Assembly (NCBI GenBank): GCA_951406725.2
Contig: OX597814.1
Location: 59,768,001 to 59,832,000, forward strand
DNA length: 64,000 bases
Direction: 5' to 3'
Source: Octopus vulgaris
Lineage: Eukaryota
Part shown: one piece after another, positions 1 to 13,886 of the stretch
Position numbering within the stretch: the stretch's first letter is position 1
Layout: the number at the start of each line of letters is the position of its first letter
Notes under the pieces: generated by a model
What the model was told of the DNA's origin: nothing
What the model saw: only the letters and a program-made list of their open reading frames with translations
Database searches by the model: none
Program-made: the position numbers and the translations under genes

Positions 1-61
1 AGGTCGATTTTTAGGCTTTGTTCTTAGGCCTAGGCTGGAAATCTGGAAATTATAAACACAT

Positions 62-111
<50 letters not shown>

Positions 112-254
112 CAGGGTCTATAAAAACAAGTGTATTGAAATAATTATCATATTTAGATAACCATAATATCTATCTTTCGTGAAAATTTCAAGTGAATGGA
201 ATAAATATTTCGTATGTTATGAGGAAATAAGTAAATCTTCAAAACTGCAACGGT

Positions 255-284
255 TATTATTATTATTATCAATATTATTACTAT

Positions 285-352
<68 letters not shown>

Positions 353-474
353 TATGTTTGAATTTTGCTTTGTATTTGTACACGTTAATTCCAAGTCTCA
401 CATTATTATTATTATTATTATTATCATCATCATCATCATCGTCATCATCAGTATCATCGTTAGCAGCAGCAGCA
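255..474. repeat. Compound trinucleotide microsatellites (TTA)n/(TAG)n/(ATT)n/(CAT)n/(CAG)n
   Basis: Visible directly. They explain the poly-L/V/I/D/N ORFs at 153-704. Confidence 0.95.
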
Positions 475-1597
475 GTGTCGCGCGAAAATTTCGTACATGC
501 AATATTGCTGTTTTTTTTCACCAGAAAAACATGAACCGAGCTGGATTTAAACCACTGTATAAATTAGGTCGTTGCTATATATCCATAAAAGGAATATACA
601 GAAATAATTTTCTTGTCATATGTACAATATGCATTTGCAGTGCTATTTCTGTATTTGTCTATTGTTATAAACGATTCAAAAGCGCTGCTTCACTTCGGAA
701 ATAGAACTTTCATCAAATTGTAAGATGTTAAAATGTCTAACACCAAGTGTATTATTTTGACAAACATACGCCATTCAACTCTGCGCTTAGAATTGCAAAT
801 GAAATTATGGTAGAAATCAACCAATAATGCTTTCTTGTTTATATACTATTGTCAATTCGCTCCAAATTCTTGATTTGCATGTGTTTATTATTTTTATGCA
901 AATATATATTTTATAAATTTGTTATAGGTTTGATCTGGAGGAATGAGCTGTAAAAAATTTGGGGGACGCAATTGAAAGAGCGCTTAATCAAAATAGCTTT
1001 CTGTGTATTACACTACATGTATATACACCGCAGTAAGGCATGCTACTAAAGTCTTTGCTTGCGAGAAAATCTCTCCATAAACGTATGTTAGAAGCACGAT
1101 ATACATTAAAGCGAAACGAACATCGTCGCAGCAGTGATGTGTTCCGTCCTTCTGAGAGAAATTTAATAGCGCGCTCCCATTTGTAACAAGTTTAAGCGAA
1201 ATTTGTGCCGCGACAGATGAGAAAATTGAATAATATAATCAACGATATTGAGGAAGTCTTGCCAGGCTGAAGGTGGACTTTGCTCTCAAAATTTGATCAC
1301 TATCCAAGATGAGTAAGAATATTGATGTGATTAATATTCTTCTTTTATAGCTGCAACTCAACGATCACAGTACGTATTTATGCTTGAAGATTATTCCAAG
1401 AGAGAGACTCTGAAGAACTAAAGTGGGCGGTTCGTGGTGGGTTTCTTTGCACAGTATATGGGAGGTAGCCAAGAAACTTGAGACGGACAGGCTTTAGTGA
1501 TAGATAAACAGGATTTTATCATGATTCATAGAAGGAAAACGATTGAGCGTGGAGACTGAGAGCGTGTTTGTAAACGGAGACTTGAGTGTGTCGGCCT

Positions 1598-1900
1598 CAC
1601 AGCGCCCATGACTTTCGGAAGCATTTATTCACGCTCAGAGTTGCTGAAGCATGGAACAGACTGCCGGCATCAGTTGTTAGTTGTCGGAGCACTGCATCCT
1701 TCAAAACTTCCAGGCTTCCTGAGATTCACCAACACTACACCTGATCCCCCCACTCCATACACACGCAAGCATGTATCTGACTCATACACTGTTCACTTTC
1801 CAGACATTTGTACATTACTGCATATACTTTATATGCACTTTTGACAAGTTGTGGTGCACCTGAGCACTGTATACAATAATTTCATTATTGTTATTATTAT
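1598..1900 (+). mobile_element. CR1/L2-type LINE 3' fragment (ORF2 C-terminus, 3' UTR, (TTA)n tail)
   Basis: From 1598 it translates HSAHDFRKHLFTLRVAEAWNRLPASVVSCRSTASFKTS..., which matches the CR1/L2 C-terminal RxxFFxxRVxxxWNxLPxxVV...FK motif. It ends in a TTA-rich tail at about 1883-1900. Confidence 0.8.
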
Positions 1901-1904
1901 ATAC

Positions 1905-2735
1905 CAATATGTCGTATGATTTTTTTTAAGGTAATCTTGGGTTACTGCAAAGGCATTTCAGACACCGGACCAGCACTACATTGTGTTACTAATACATTCT
2001 AAAGAGTACTTTAATACAAATAAATTTGGAAGAGTATTTTCTAGGCCTCAAATGAAAGTTCAAGTTTTGATATGCAGCCTTTTCTAAGTCGAAGAGTTGC
2101 ATTCGACTGTAGAAATCTTCAAAAATTGTGAGACCTATGCTTTCTAAAGGTCGTGGGAGAGTCACCTTTATAATGTTCATATCTTGGTGTGTTGGATACA
2201 CCATTTCGTGAAATAAGTAGTAATTGTATGTAGGTGAAAAATCAGCAATGCAGCGATGTTGCTCCTAGTTATGTTTATTGATAATTGACACATTTTTCTT
2301 CAAGTGGCTGTATATATAAATCCAGTGATCAGCACTCCTGTTTGTTTCATGGTTAATGAATGAAAGATTCTTTGGATATGGCACCAGTCAATCATTTATA
2401 AAATATCGAGAACATGCTACAGATTCTAAAATTTCTTTTATAAAGTGATGCTTTCTGTCTGGTTAAACAAGAAAATATTTCCAGCTGATATATACTCTCA
2501 AGCGGTGAATCCGACAAAGCGCTTACTCAAACATTTTAGCTGTGCTGTTTCACATAGTTACAGCGTATACAACAGCTGTCAACATACACGTGCTTCCTAC
2601 AACTTCAGAATGTCTCCGACATAGAGTTATGAATAATTAACGCTACCATAGTGTTAGCCATACACTAACGTTCTGGCGTAGAAGAAACCAATATTTAGAT
2701 AATTTTTATAACTTATAATACAAAGATAGCTAAAC
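1905..2735 (+). pseudogene. Probable decayed rhodopsin-class (peptide-receptor-like) GPCR pseudogene
   Basis: Class A motifs appear in the correct order across frameshifts and stops: GN (1930), LHCVTNTF (~1976-1999), FGRVF[S]R (2025), CSLF..VAFD.R..KIVRP (2073-2136), TM4 FIMFISWCVG (W at 2185), ECL2 Cys (~2249), TM5 VAVYINPV...CF...KILW (2304-2375), TM7 LA-YTN...KPIF..NFYN (2654-2712). TM2 appears deleted. This is a by-eye alignment only. Confidence 0.55.
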
Positions 2736-3182
2736 GAATCTTTCTTATATATTATATACTTTTCATTCTTTTCAATGATGAATTGTGATTCACTAAAAAA
2801 TATCGCAAAATTTTGTATTATTTCAGGAATATTTGCATTAACTTAATTAATTTTTTTTATTCAATTATACAGCTTATTGGTATTGAAAATAATTAGAAAA
2901 CTATCTTAATCTCACGTTACACAAATTTCTTAGCTGAAGAAGGTGCATAACAGTACCTATTCAAAAACTATAATTATGTTTTATTCATTGATTTGTCACA
3001 GTTTTGTAATTCTGAAGTTGACGAATTTTTATGATTCTATAAAGCTAGTTTACAATTTTCAGCGACATTGTGTGTGTGTTTGTGTGTGTGTCTGTTTGTG
3101 GGAATGTATATAAACATACATGTATATATGAATATGTATACGTATATGTGTGTGTGTGGGTATACCTATATATACGTTCATA

Positions 3183-3417
3183 AAGGCGGCGAGCTGGCAG
3201 AAACGTTAGCACGTCGGGCGAAATGCGTAGCCGTATTTCGTCTGCCGTTAAGTGTTCTGGGTTCAAATTCCGCCGAGGTCGACTTTGCCTTTCATCCTTT
3301 CGGGGTCGATAAATTAAGTACCAGTTACGCACTGGGGTCGATGTAATCGACTTAATCCCTTTGTCTGTCCTTGTTTGTCCCCTCTATGTTTAGCCCCTTG
3401 TGGGTAGTAAAGAAATA
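3183..3417 (+). mobile_element. tRNA-derived SINE (family 1; Deu/Nin-like central domain), full length
   Basis: A-box-like TGGCAGAAACG and B-box GTTCAAATTCC; central GCCTTTCATCCTTTCGGGGTCGATAAA...GTACCAG. 16-bp TSD TATATATACGTTCATA at 3167-3182 and 3418-3433. Further copies occur in the window. Confidence 0.9.
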
Positions 3418-3939
3418 TATATATACGTTCATAGATATATGTATGCATATAAATATGCATACATACAGATATGTAAATATATTGATAGATAGATATATAC
3501 ATACATGCATATAGTTACATATATACATACATGCATATAGTTACATATATACATACATGAATATACATATATTCATTCATACATAGATGCATATATATAT
3601 GTATATATATACACGAATACATTTATGCATACCTACATACACACACATACATGGATAGATACATACGTACATACGTAAATACATAGACATACATACATGC
3701 GATACATATATATTTATCAAGTGTTACAAAATTATTACATGAATACTTCAGGTGTGTTGATTTATTCACTCTATCACTGCCTTTGGACATGAAGCCAATA
3801 TATTGATAGCATCATATGTTTAGCTCTTTCTGAGGTATTGAAAGCTTGCAAAATGCTGGAGGGAAAAGCTTTACAGGAGATAGATTCTCGTAAACAATCA
3901 CAGACACATATATACACAAACCACCCACTTATGTACATA

Positions 3940-4465
<526 letters not shown>

Positions 4466-5080
4466 ACTGAGGCTAAATTTCTCTTTTTTCTGTAACAGAC
4501 AAATGTAAATACATTCAGTTGGAAAAATATATTTCTGTATATCAAAGACCAGATGTTTGCCTCTTTTGCATTTATACCATGTTTGCTAAAATGCATAGAT
4601 GTTGACTGAAATGCAATAAACACTGGTGCAAAATAGTGTTAGTACACCAATAATATGTGTTTGTGACTATGTGTGAATATGTGCGTGTGTCTTTGTTCGC
4701 ATATACCCTTATTTCACTACTGCATTGTAGTAAATATCCATGCCCTAGGAGATAAAGATGGACGATAAATTAAATGAATAACTAACCTCTTGATATTGAT
4801 TATTTGTAGTAACTAATTTTATACACCAGAAAGGTCAATCTCACAAACTTATTACATACTGTAAGTGACCATTTTATTTCAAGGTGTCACTATTGGAGTT
4901 ACTATTGAAAATATCGATGAGAGTTGGAGGACTTAGAATAAAATAACTTGTACAACTCCTGACACCATCTTCCGTAAGAGTTATATAGTCTTCGAAGCAT
5001 TTACAAAAAAGACAGACGTCACCTGAATCATCGAAAAGCTATGTGCAGGGAAGGTATGTGATTGCATGTATATAGATGTA

Positions 5081-5400
5081 AGGCGTGTGGTTTAATGATC
5101 AAGACATTCGACTTACTATGCTAAAGTTGTGAGTTCGATTCCCGGTAGCGCGTTGTGTCCTTGAGCGTGACACTTTACTTCACGCAGCTCCAGTCAACTC
5201 AACTGGCAAAAATGAGTTTTACCTCTAATTCAAAGGGGCCAGAATTGTCACATTTTGTGTTACGCTGAATCTGCTTGCGAACTACATTAAATGGTACGCT
5301 TATCTCTGAAGTGCTCAGCCACTCGCACGATAATTTCACGAGCAATCTATTCCGTTGATCGAATCAACTACAACCCACGTCATCATAACAGAGAGAGCAC
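5081..5400 (+). mobile_element. tRNA-derived SINE (family 2), diverged
   Basis: A-box-like TGGTTTAATGA and B-box GAGTTCGATTCCC, followed by GCGTTGTGTCCTTGAGC..GACACTTTA..TCAC, typical of the conserved central domains of metazoan SINE superfamilies. Confidence 0.7.
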
Positions 5401-6009
5401 CTGCTTTAATAGGCTCCACAGAGAAATCAGAAGTTAACCAATTAATTTTCAGTTATTATTCTATGTTATTCTAACTTTGTTATTATTCTAACTTCTTACT
5501 CAATAGCTTTGGAATTTAAAAAAAAAATCAATGTCAAAACCCATTTTCCTTTCCGCTACTGAAAAACAAACCAGTGGCTAAAGATATGTGTACAATAGCT
5601 CAAACTGTGTGCGCGATGTGAAAGCACTCACTGCTACAGCTGCATCTTTGCATTTTGATAAGATGTAAGTACAACACGTTAGTAATTATTTCCTCGATAA
5701 AACTTAAATGTAATTTAAATAAATATGTTTTGATTAGGAATTGTTTTAATTTCTTTTCATCATTGCACTTTCTATCCTGTTCCTCTTTCTTACATCTCCG
5801 AGTCTTCATCTGTCTGTCAATTTCTAACCTATCTTATCTACCGCTTTGAATATTACTCAATTTCTCTGTCTCACACTTCTTTCTTGTTGCACATTATTGA
5901 CTCTGTCTTTCAGTATTGTGAGAGAAATGGGATTCCTATGTGATTGAGGGTTATGGGTGTGCATGTATGTGTACGTATATGCGCATGTATGTATGCATAC
6001 TGATACATA

Positions 6010-6390
6010 TCTCTCTATATATAAACGGCAGTTTGTCTGTGCGTGTTTCTGTGTGTCTGTTTGCTTGTACCCTCACCCTGACCACGGCTTTCAACCGATT
6101 CTGATGAAACTTGACACACACATAGCCCAATGTCATAATTCAAAACTAACGCAGCGAAAATTTTGAAAAGTTCCCCCAGTTCTGAAAAAAATCGATAAAT
6201 TCGACATGGGGTCGAGTATCAGAAACACAAACCGCAAACTGTCTAGGGGACGCAACTCCACCTTTTTTAACTAAAAAAAATTTACCATCATTTTTTTCCA
6301 TTTTTTTGCTATTTTTTGGCTATAACTCTGTAAAAATGCTTTATAGTTATTTCCCTTACAAACCTGAGCAACGCCGGGCGATACTGCTAG
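6010..6390 (+). mobile_element. Non-autonomous Helitron
   Basis: Starts A|TCTCTCTATATATAAA and has CTGT-rich 5' repeats. Subterminal GC hairpin CCTGAGCAACGCCGGG (6363-6378), ending CTAG|T. Inserted between A and T with no TSD. Confidence 0.85.
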
Positions 6391-6487
6391 TGATTTTATA
6401 TATGTATATATGAATATATATTCATGTATGGGTATATTTGTACATAGGTATGTTTGTATGTGTGTGCGCGTCTGTGTGTGTTCATAT

Positions 6488-7288
6488 TGTAAGAAGTAAG
6501 ATCACATGCGGTCGTATCGTGCCGGGAATACGGTCGCATGCGGCTCTACTCTTAACGAAATCAATACAAGCCATAAAATAAACACTACGGCAATAGGACA
6601 TAAGTGAATTGACACAAGTCTTCTGTTGGTAGATAAATATTATTTATTTACATATTTTACAATCATGCTGATGTTGGAAGTTTGTAAGTGTTAGCATGTT
6701 TGTGTCTGTGTGTTCGTGAGGCATAAAAGGCACTGACCATAGGATTAACCACGGAACTCGGTTTACAGTTCATGTTGTTTGTATCAGTATAGCACAGGTA
6801 GAAGCAGAAACAATCGCCTATCTCTAAGTTGAGCAGCAAGCAGAAACAATCGCATATCTCTAAGTTGAGCAGTAGGTGGCCTAAGTTAGTTCTTAGAAGA
6901 ACTAGAACTCAAGACAAAAATGCCTGTGAAAACTGGTTTATATACTATTTTTGTTGGCTCACCGAACTCCAGAAAATGGAATTTTAACCGGTCTTGATTG
7001 GTTGATTCGCGATTGGCGCGAAATAAGTCGAGACAATTCGCGTCACGTGTCAACCAGTGGCGCAGACTACGCAGGGACCCTCGTGTCATATGTCCACCAG
7101 TGGCGCGAACTACGCAGGGACCCTCGTGTCACACGTCAACCAATCAAGTTAGTATTTAGGAAAAGAACAAGTTGGCCAAAGATGGTTGTAAGCTCAAACG
7201 AGATTATTTCTGCTTTGCCGTTCACACCGTGAAGATATTAGATATCGCCATATTAATATAACAAAGTGGCTGAAACTACCACGCTACA
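6488..7288 (-). mobile_element. Solo LTR (801 bp; 4-bp TSD, Gypsy-like)
   Basis: TGTA...TACA termini with TSD ATAT at 6484-6487 and 7289-7292. On the minus strand: CCAAT boxes (~7000-7015), TATATAAA (6937-6944) and AATAAA (~6643-6648). Internal tandem duplications at ~6804-6873 and ~7054-7130. Confidence 0.8.
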
Positions 7289-8137
7289 ATATGTTTTAAT
7301 CTACTTCTATATAATTCCATAGGAACATTGTAATTTATAATTGTAATCATTACTGTGCAGCTTGAAGTTATTTATTCAACTACATAGAAACTGACAGTGT
7401 AAAATCTACATTCTCGTTAATATGTGTCTTTCATTTCAAAATCCTATTTCAAATTATAATTTTAGTTTAGCTTGTCATAAAAAATATAAAATGTTTTAGT
7501 AAGTGATAAAAATTATTTTGTGGCTTAAATACATTATGCTCATTTAATCAAAGATGACTTTTTGACAGTTCAAATTTCGCATCTTTATTCTTGTCTTTTC
7601 GTCTGGAGTGGATGTTGCCTTTGTTGAGACATGCGTAAAGTAACTAATATCTAGTAGCTCTTGTCTTTGCTCATTCATTCAATGATTAGACACAACGCAC
7701 AATTTATACACTATTCCAACTGCATTGTCTATGTCTCTTAATGATACGCTACAGAACAATTTAAAGGGATACACGATGCAAAAGATTTCCTGTTAGAAGA
7801 AATGCGGGATTCGAGTAAATCTATGTAAAGCACGGAGAGAGGTTATGCGTATTTCCTCAAAAGTAGGTAACTAGAACATTTTCATTTGTACATCTCATAG
7901 ATCATACTTTTCAGTGGCTATCTGTTGGTAAATATGTTATTTGATGTTTAGTCTAAGTAAATGTGTGTTCCTCTTAGTACTTGCATATTTGAGACCACAT
8001 GTAAATATATAAATAACTTGCTGTCGTAGTGTGAAAGCCCTTTGCAATTATAACATATGTGCACAATCTTCAAATAGTAGGACATTGGTGCCATCTAAGG
8101 TTGATTAGCTTGCATCATATGGGTATATTATTAATGT

Positions 8138-8651
8138 CTATTTCTTTATTGCCCACAGGGGAAAACAAGGATAGGCAAACGGACTAAGTCGATTACATCG
8201 ACCCCAGTGCGTAACGGCAGACGAAATACCTATTTCTTTACTACCCACAAGGGGCTAAACACAGAGAGAACAAACAAGGACAGACAAACGAATTAAGTCG
8301 ATTATATCGACCCCAGTGCGTAACTGGTACTTATTTATTTAATCGACCCCGAAAGGATGAAAGGCGAAGTCGACCTCGGTGGAATTTGAACTGAGAACGT
8401 AGCGGCAGACGAAATATCTATTTCGTTAGTACCCACAAGGGGCTAAACACAGAGGGGAGAAACAAAGACAGACAAATGGATTAAGTCGATTACATTGACC
8501 CCAGTGCGTAACTGGTACTTATTTTATGGACCCTGAAAGGATGAAAGGAAAAGTCGATCTCGGTGGAATTTGAACTCAGAACGTAAAAGCAGACGAAATA
8601 CCTCTAAGCATTTCGCCCGGCGTGCTAACGATTCTGCCAGCTCGCCGCCCT
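8138..8651 (-). mobile_element. Head-to-tail trimer of SINE family 1
   Basis: Full unit 8418-8651; 5'-truncated unit 8230-8417; truncated and internally deleted unit 8138-8229. One TSD ATATTATTAAT (8125-8135 and 8653-8663) flanks the whole array. Confidence 0.9.
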
Positions 8652-10284
8652 AATATTATTAATATTGACGTTGTATTGTATTGAAGACATACTATGCTTA
8701 ATCATCGCACAGGCATGAAAGCTGTAAGAAGAGCAATTCGGAAACTACAGTGGGCAAGAGTATAAAGTTTTCAGAGGAATTGGTTAAAATAATTCTGACA
8801 TCACTATTATATTTTATTCATGTTTAAGAAATTTTACGCTGTACCTTGTTTGAAGTAATTGCAGACGTATAAAAACTGAACTCCCTATGAACCAAATTTT
8901 ATACTAGGAATTTGATAAGATGTTTTTTTTTAATTTTAACACATATATTAAATATTCCTTTAGTTTGGAAAACTTAGCATTTGTTGTTTTGGATACTGGA
9001 GGTCATTATGAAGTAAACATTTTATCAAAACAAAAAAAAAAGGAGACGGTAGTTAGGCATCACAGTAAATGAGGGCCAGCTGTTCAGGGAAATTGCAATA
9101 AGTGAAACTTTCAAAATTGACTATAAGACTAAATTTTTATGAAAATATATACAGGCTGGAACTATTAAGACATTACTGTACATTTTAGACGAAAAAGGGA
9201 GGATGATGTGTTTTTATTTTTACATAGACATTAATTGCTTTTATTTTCGCTTTAACTTGGTTGATATACCATGCTCTATTTATGATACCTACCCACACTC
9301 TAAGTGAAAAATTAAGCAATTTCAATGCCTGTAGAAATGCTATTTCTCGTTATTTTTCTAGCAGGATAAGCGACCACATACTGGAGTTTTCTATTTTTGC
9401 AATATAAAATTGTAGGCAAAATTGTTTATAAATATAAAAGGTAGAGATAGGGAAGCAAAGCAAAAGAGACAGAGGACTAAAGTAATACATAAACATTCCG
9501 TGACCTCTCTTCTCTTATGAAAGGAGATAATGATTGACTTCAGTTTCCCCGATTACTAAAATGTTACCTGTTGCTCGCCGCTTTCAGACTTATTTATTTT
9601 ATAAATCATTTAAAGAGTTCTACAAATGTTAACACAGCAACACTTCTTTGTTCATAAAGATGTAATTATATGTAATTCTCATTTTCAGTGACATAATGTG
9701 CATTTTGTTTTGTATTCCAAATTAATTTTCTGTGTTAAAATAATCGATTTAAAATGAAAATGTAATTTCTTAATAAGTATGATGACAGCAGAGTACAACA
9801 ATGCTTAATCGTCCTGGAGTGTACACAGTTATGTATGCACACAACATATGCTATAATCTTTACATTTAAACTGCACACGGTACATCATGCACACAATGTG
9901 GCATGTATACATTATAGCATGTACAAGTTATTATATTGCTGTATTCGCTAAAACTTAAATTAGAGATTATTTTAAGTAATAGACTAAATAGAATACACAA
10001 ATATACTATTATAATTATACTTTTATACTTGGATACATGCACAAATATTTGCACTTACACAAATAATAAACATAAACTGAAGAGTGAGGGAGAGAGAGAT
10101 GAAGAGAGAGGGAGGGGAGAGAGACGGGGGAGAAATACAAAGATAGAGCAACAAATATATAGATAAATAAACAGATAGATAGAGAGGCAGAGAGAGTGGG
10201 GTAGTGATATAAACAGTTATGCATAATGAAAATTCCTATATATAGAAGCATGCATATGTATATATTTACACAAATATGAAGGTA

Positions 10285-11145
10285 CTAATTGACGTACCCA
10301 GCAGTTCCCAGAAAAGCGGGACTTATCATTTCGTTCCGCTCTTATAATTGTTTCGCTAATCCAATAACAACAATACAATTTATATAACCCTCAAAACGTT
10401 TTTGTTTGACAGTTACAGAGAATATCGAACTGTCTTATACAGGATCTTGTTTTTAGGAATTCCCAATAAGTTATGAATACCCAGGCTGGGGTGTCAGTTA
10501 CGTAATAACATGAATTTAGTTACCCGATAGTAAGAATTGAAATAAAGTAGGCCTGAAAATGGTTCTAATGCGTTCCCAGAGTATATAGTACTTGGGAGGA
10601 TATACCAATAAGGTATGTGTAATAAAATCGCGAAGTATGTTACGTAATCTCAGGCTAATCAGATAGGAGATAATAACAATTCAAAGTAAATAACTCTGAA
10701 AGGGCTTTTGTACGTTCTCAGAGAATATTAGCCTCAAGGGCGTTAGTGTTGGTATATTCATGAATAAGTCACTAACCGAAATAAAACGATCTATTGTTTA
10801 GGAAAATACTATTTACTTGTTTAAGGTTTGTACTGAATAAATTACGAAAATAACTAACAGTTCAAATACAAAGAAATAAGCATACCAAATTTGATGTATA
10901 CCAAATAATATAGGAAAATGATAGGGTTATTTCCCTTGGCTGTGAAAATAAAATATATTAGTCATATATAATGATCTCTTCCAAGGGACTTATTATCGAT
11001 TTTTTTCAGCAATCTGAGTATGCCATGAGGCTTCCAGACATGATTTCCACTCACGCGTCAAGTTTCATCACAATTGATAAAACGATGAAGGAGTAGTTAG
11101 CTAACAACTCTGCAAACATATAGAATGTCCCACATATGTAGTAGA
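10285..11145 (-). mobile_element. Degenerate non-autonomous Helitron
   Basis: The minus strand starts A|TCTACTAC at 11145 and contains the GATGAAACTTGAC segment also seen in the 6010 Helitron. It ends in a decayed GC hairpin and TTAG|T at 10285. Confidence 0.5.
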
Positions 11146-11189
11146 TGCATAGACAAACACTTTTCCCATACACACAGATACCGCAAAAT

Positions 11190-11850
11190 CTTTAATAGAC
11201 AGAATTTAACTTGGTGCTAATCAACAACACATAAGATAGTGCAAACGATAGATACCCTAAATAAGAGAAAATTAAATCCCAGGAAAGTTAGATCTACTTA
11301 ATCTAGATATACCTCCTTACCTCAACCAGGCTCGGAATACAGGGGATGCTAACGGTCAGCAGTCACTCAACAACACAGTACTTCTCTCAACGATTCCTGT
11401 AAAACCGGGGGCATCTAATAAGACCTCGCCTATGCAAAACCCCACAAGGCATTGTAACTGTCGTTGAACCCTTCCAGATCTTCTCTGGACAACCAGTGCC
11501 TCAGGAAGAATATAGCTTATAGGAGCATTGTAACCGCCGACAGTAATATCTTCCACTACATAGGACCTGCAGCTCCCCCAATTTACACAGAGATTTTATA
11601 ATCATCTCCACTCATTTAAGATATTTAATAAGCTTAAGTCCACATTGCAGACTAAGTTAGTTTGGCACTTAAAATTAAAGAGAATCCCATACGTGATTTC
11701 TTTGTCTGTGTTGACGTCTGCACTCCACTACACTGGAGGAGAGGGAGTACAAAATTTGCATAGTTGAGGCCTTCCAAATATTAAAAATCGAGGTAACATT
11801 ATTAACAAAAAAAAAGTGTTGATAGGGTGTCTGCAAAAAAGACACAGGAC
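11190..11850 (+). mobile_element. Penelope-like element remnant (GIY-YIG endonuclease)
   Basis: Across frameshifts it reads HCNCR...LDNQCLRKNIAYRSIVT...HYIG...FTQRFYNHLHSFK...LVWHLKLKRIPYVIS, the PLE linker plus GIY-YIG pattern. Confidence 0.75.
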
Positions 11851-12160
11851 CTTCGCAAAATTCAGATGGTGTAGTCCGCCTCCCCACTCAGTCCTCTTAC
11901 CTAGGACGTATGTTCACCTCGAGTTATATACACCTCAAATATGCAGACATACATAGTTTCTACAGAATTTGTTCATCTTAAATATTTCTTTCCGCTACTT
12001 CGTGGCCCTTACCTTAAGTACCTGCTTTTTCTATATCCTTTTATTTTCACCTCCTATACTCTACATTAGTCTGGCCCTTGGCATGCTATTTATTTATTTA
12101 TATAAACAATTGTGTATGTAAATGTGTATATGCGATACTTGCTGGTGAGATATCACACAT

Positions 12161-12213
<53 letters not shown>

Positions 12214-12269
12214 CACATACATACATACATACATACATACATACATACATACATACATACATACATACA

Positions 12270-13573
12270 CAGGGTGGGTGTAAATTAAATAGGCATTAAA
12301 AATTGGTAATAAAATCCCTACACCTTTTACAAATTTCATGAAATAAATTATGTTCTTTATTACAGGAGAAAATGAGAGTAAATCTTCCTATTTCAGCATT
12401 AGCACCGGTGGCGTCACCTAGTTTCCTCAAACGGCCAAGGATGGAATGAACAACCTTCTGAAGGACATCGTCTGGGATATCATTGTGAACATCCTGAATC
12501 CCTGTCTCTACGTCCTCCAGTGGGCGAGTTTTTGTCTTGTACACATCCTCTTTTGTGTAAAAACCTCACAGGTAAAAATCACATGGAGTGAGACCTCGAC
12601 TTCTTGGAAGCCAGTCATGAGGTTCGCATCGTCCTCTCCAAAGTCCTGGAAAATGTTGGTCAAACTACGCACGCAGTGTAAGAGCAAATTGGCGTGATGC
12701 ACCGTCCTACATGAATATCAGGTCACAAATTTTATCCCAGCCAGACACCGTGGGCCACATGTAATTTTCGAACATCTGAAGATAGCGGTCCGTATTCATG
12801 ACGTCACGCAGATGATATGGTCCGACGACTCTTGTTGCCGCCACTCCGCACCACTGGGTCACTTTTAGTTGAGCTTGCATCCTATCAACCGACATTTTCG
12901 GATCTTTATCACACAACTCTCAGTAATGGCACTTGTGACGATTGATCAAACAACCAACAGCCTCGTCATCCCAGAGGATGTTTTCAAACAATTCACGTCA
13001 ATTTTCACGCCAACCTAGCATTACCCCACTATATTCCATTTTGCGGCCACTTTCTCCGGGTTTTAGCTCCTACTTTTAATGGGGTTTCCACCGACGAAAC
13101 CTCAATTATTTATACAATACCGTATGTATTGTGTCTTCTGAGTCCACTTTCACGAGCTGTTTGACGTGTTGATTTTTTTCGGGCTGCGATTAAACATTTC
13201 TTGCACTGTTGCCACGTTCTCCGTTGATCGGAATGTGGTTGGACGGCCACTTCTTGCATCGTTCACTGAGCCTATGGTCATCAGCTTTGCGTGACAACTT
13301 TTTGTTGTCTACAGACGTAGAGTTGCATGCTCAACTTTCCATGAACGCCACCGTCTCTGAACCAAAACAATGGCGTTCCACGCTTCATAACATGCTGCTG
13401 CCTCAGCTCACTCCCGAAAGGTCTAGCCATCTGGAAAATAAGAAATAAGACAATAAGAAAGTAAAAATTCCCATTAGTGATGTCTCTTTAAAAAATATTT
13501 TTGTCATGACTTCAGTGATACAAAAAACTCTACAGGCCAATTTCTAATACCAAGTTACTTTCCTCCCACCCTG
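12270..13573 (-). mobile_element. Tc1/mariner DNA transposon, DD41D (rosa/Visitor-type), inactive
   Basis: Diverged ~37-bp TIRs CAGGGTGGG...AATTGG (12270-12306 and 13537-13573), with TA on the right. The minus-strand transposase reads FM*DGA...WLPRSRGLTPCDFYL*G, with 41 residues between the second and third Asp. It carries many stops. Confidence 0.9.
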
Positions 13574-13578
13574 TATAT

Positions 13579-13656
<78 letters not shown>

Positions 13657-13848
13657 ATAAAATAACATATATATATATGTTATAAAATATATATATATAT
13701 ATATATATATGTTATAAAATATATATATATATATATATATTTATAAAATAACATATATATATATGTTATAAAATAACATATATATATATGTTATAAAATA
13801 ACATATATATATATATATGTTATAAAATAACATATATATATATGTTAT

Positions 13849-13886
<38 letters not shown>

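Noticed and set aside
2934-2975. CTGAAGA followed by a 6-bp stem
   Set aside because: No GAAA follows the stem. At most it is a decayed relic and cannot be supported here.
7797-7872. Short exon-like segments with AG/GT borders (also ~4884-5053, ~32371-32490, ~58918-58993)
   Set aside because: The peptides are unrecognisable or contain stops. Such borders are frequent by chance and cannot be supported without transcripts.
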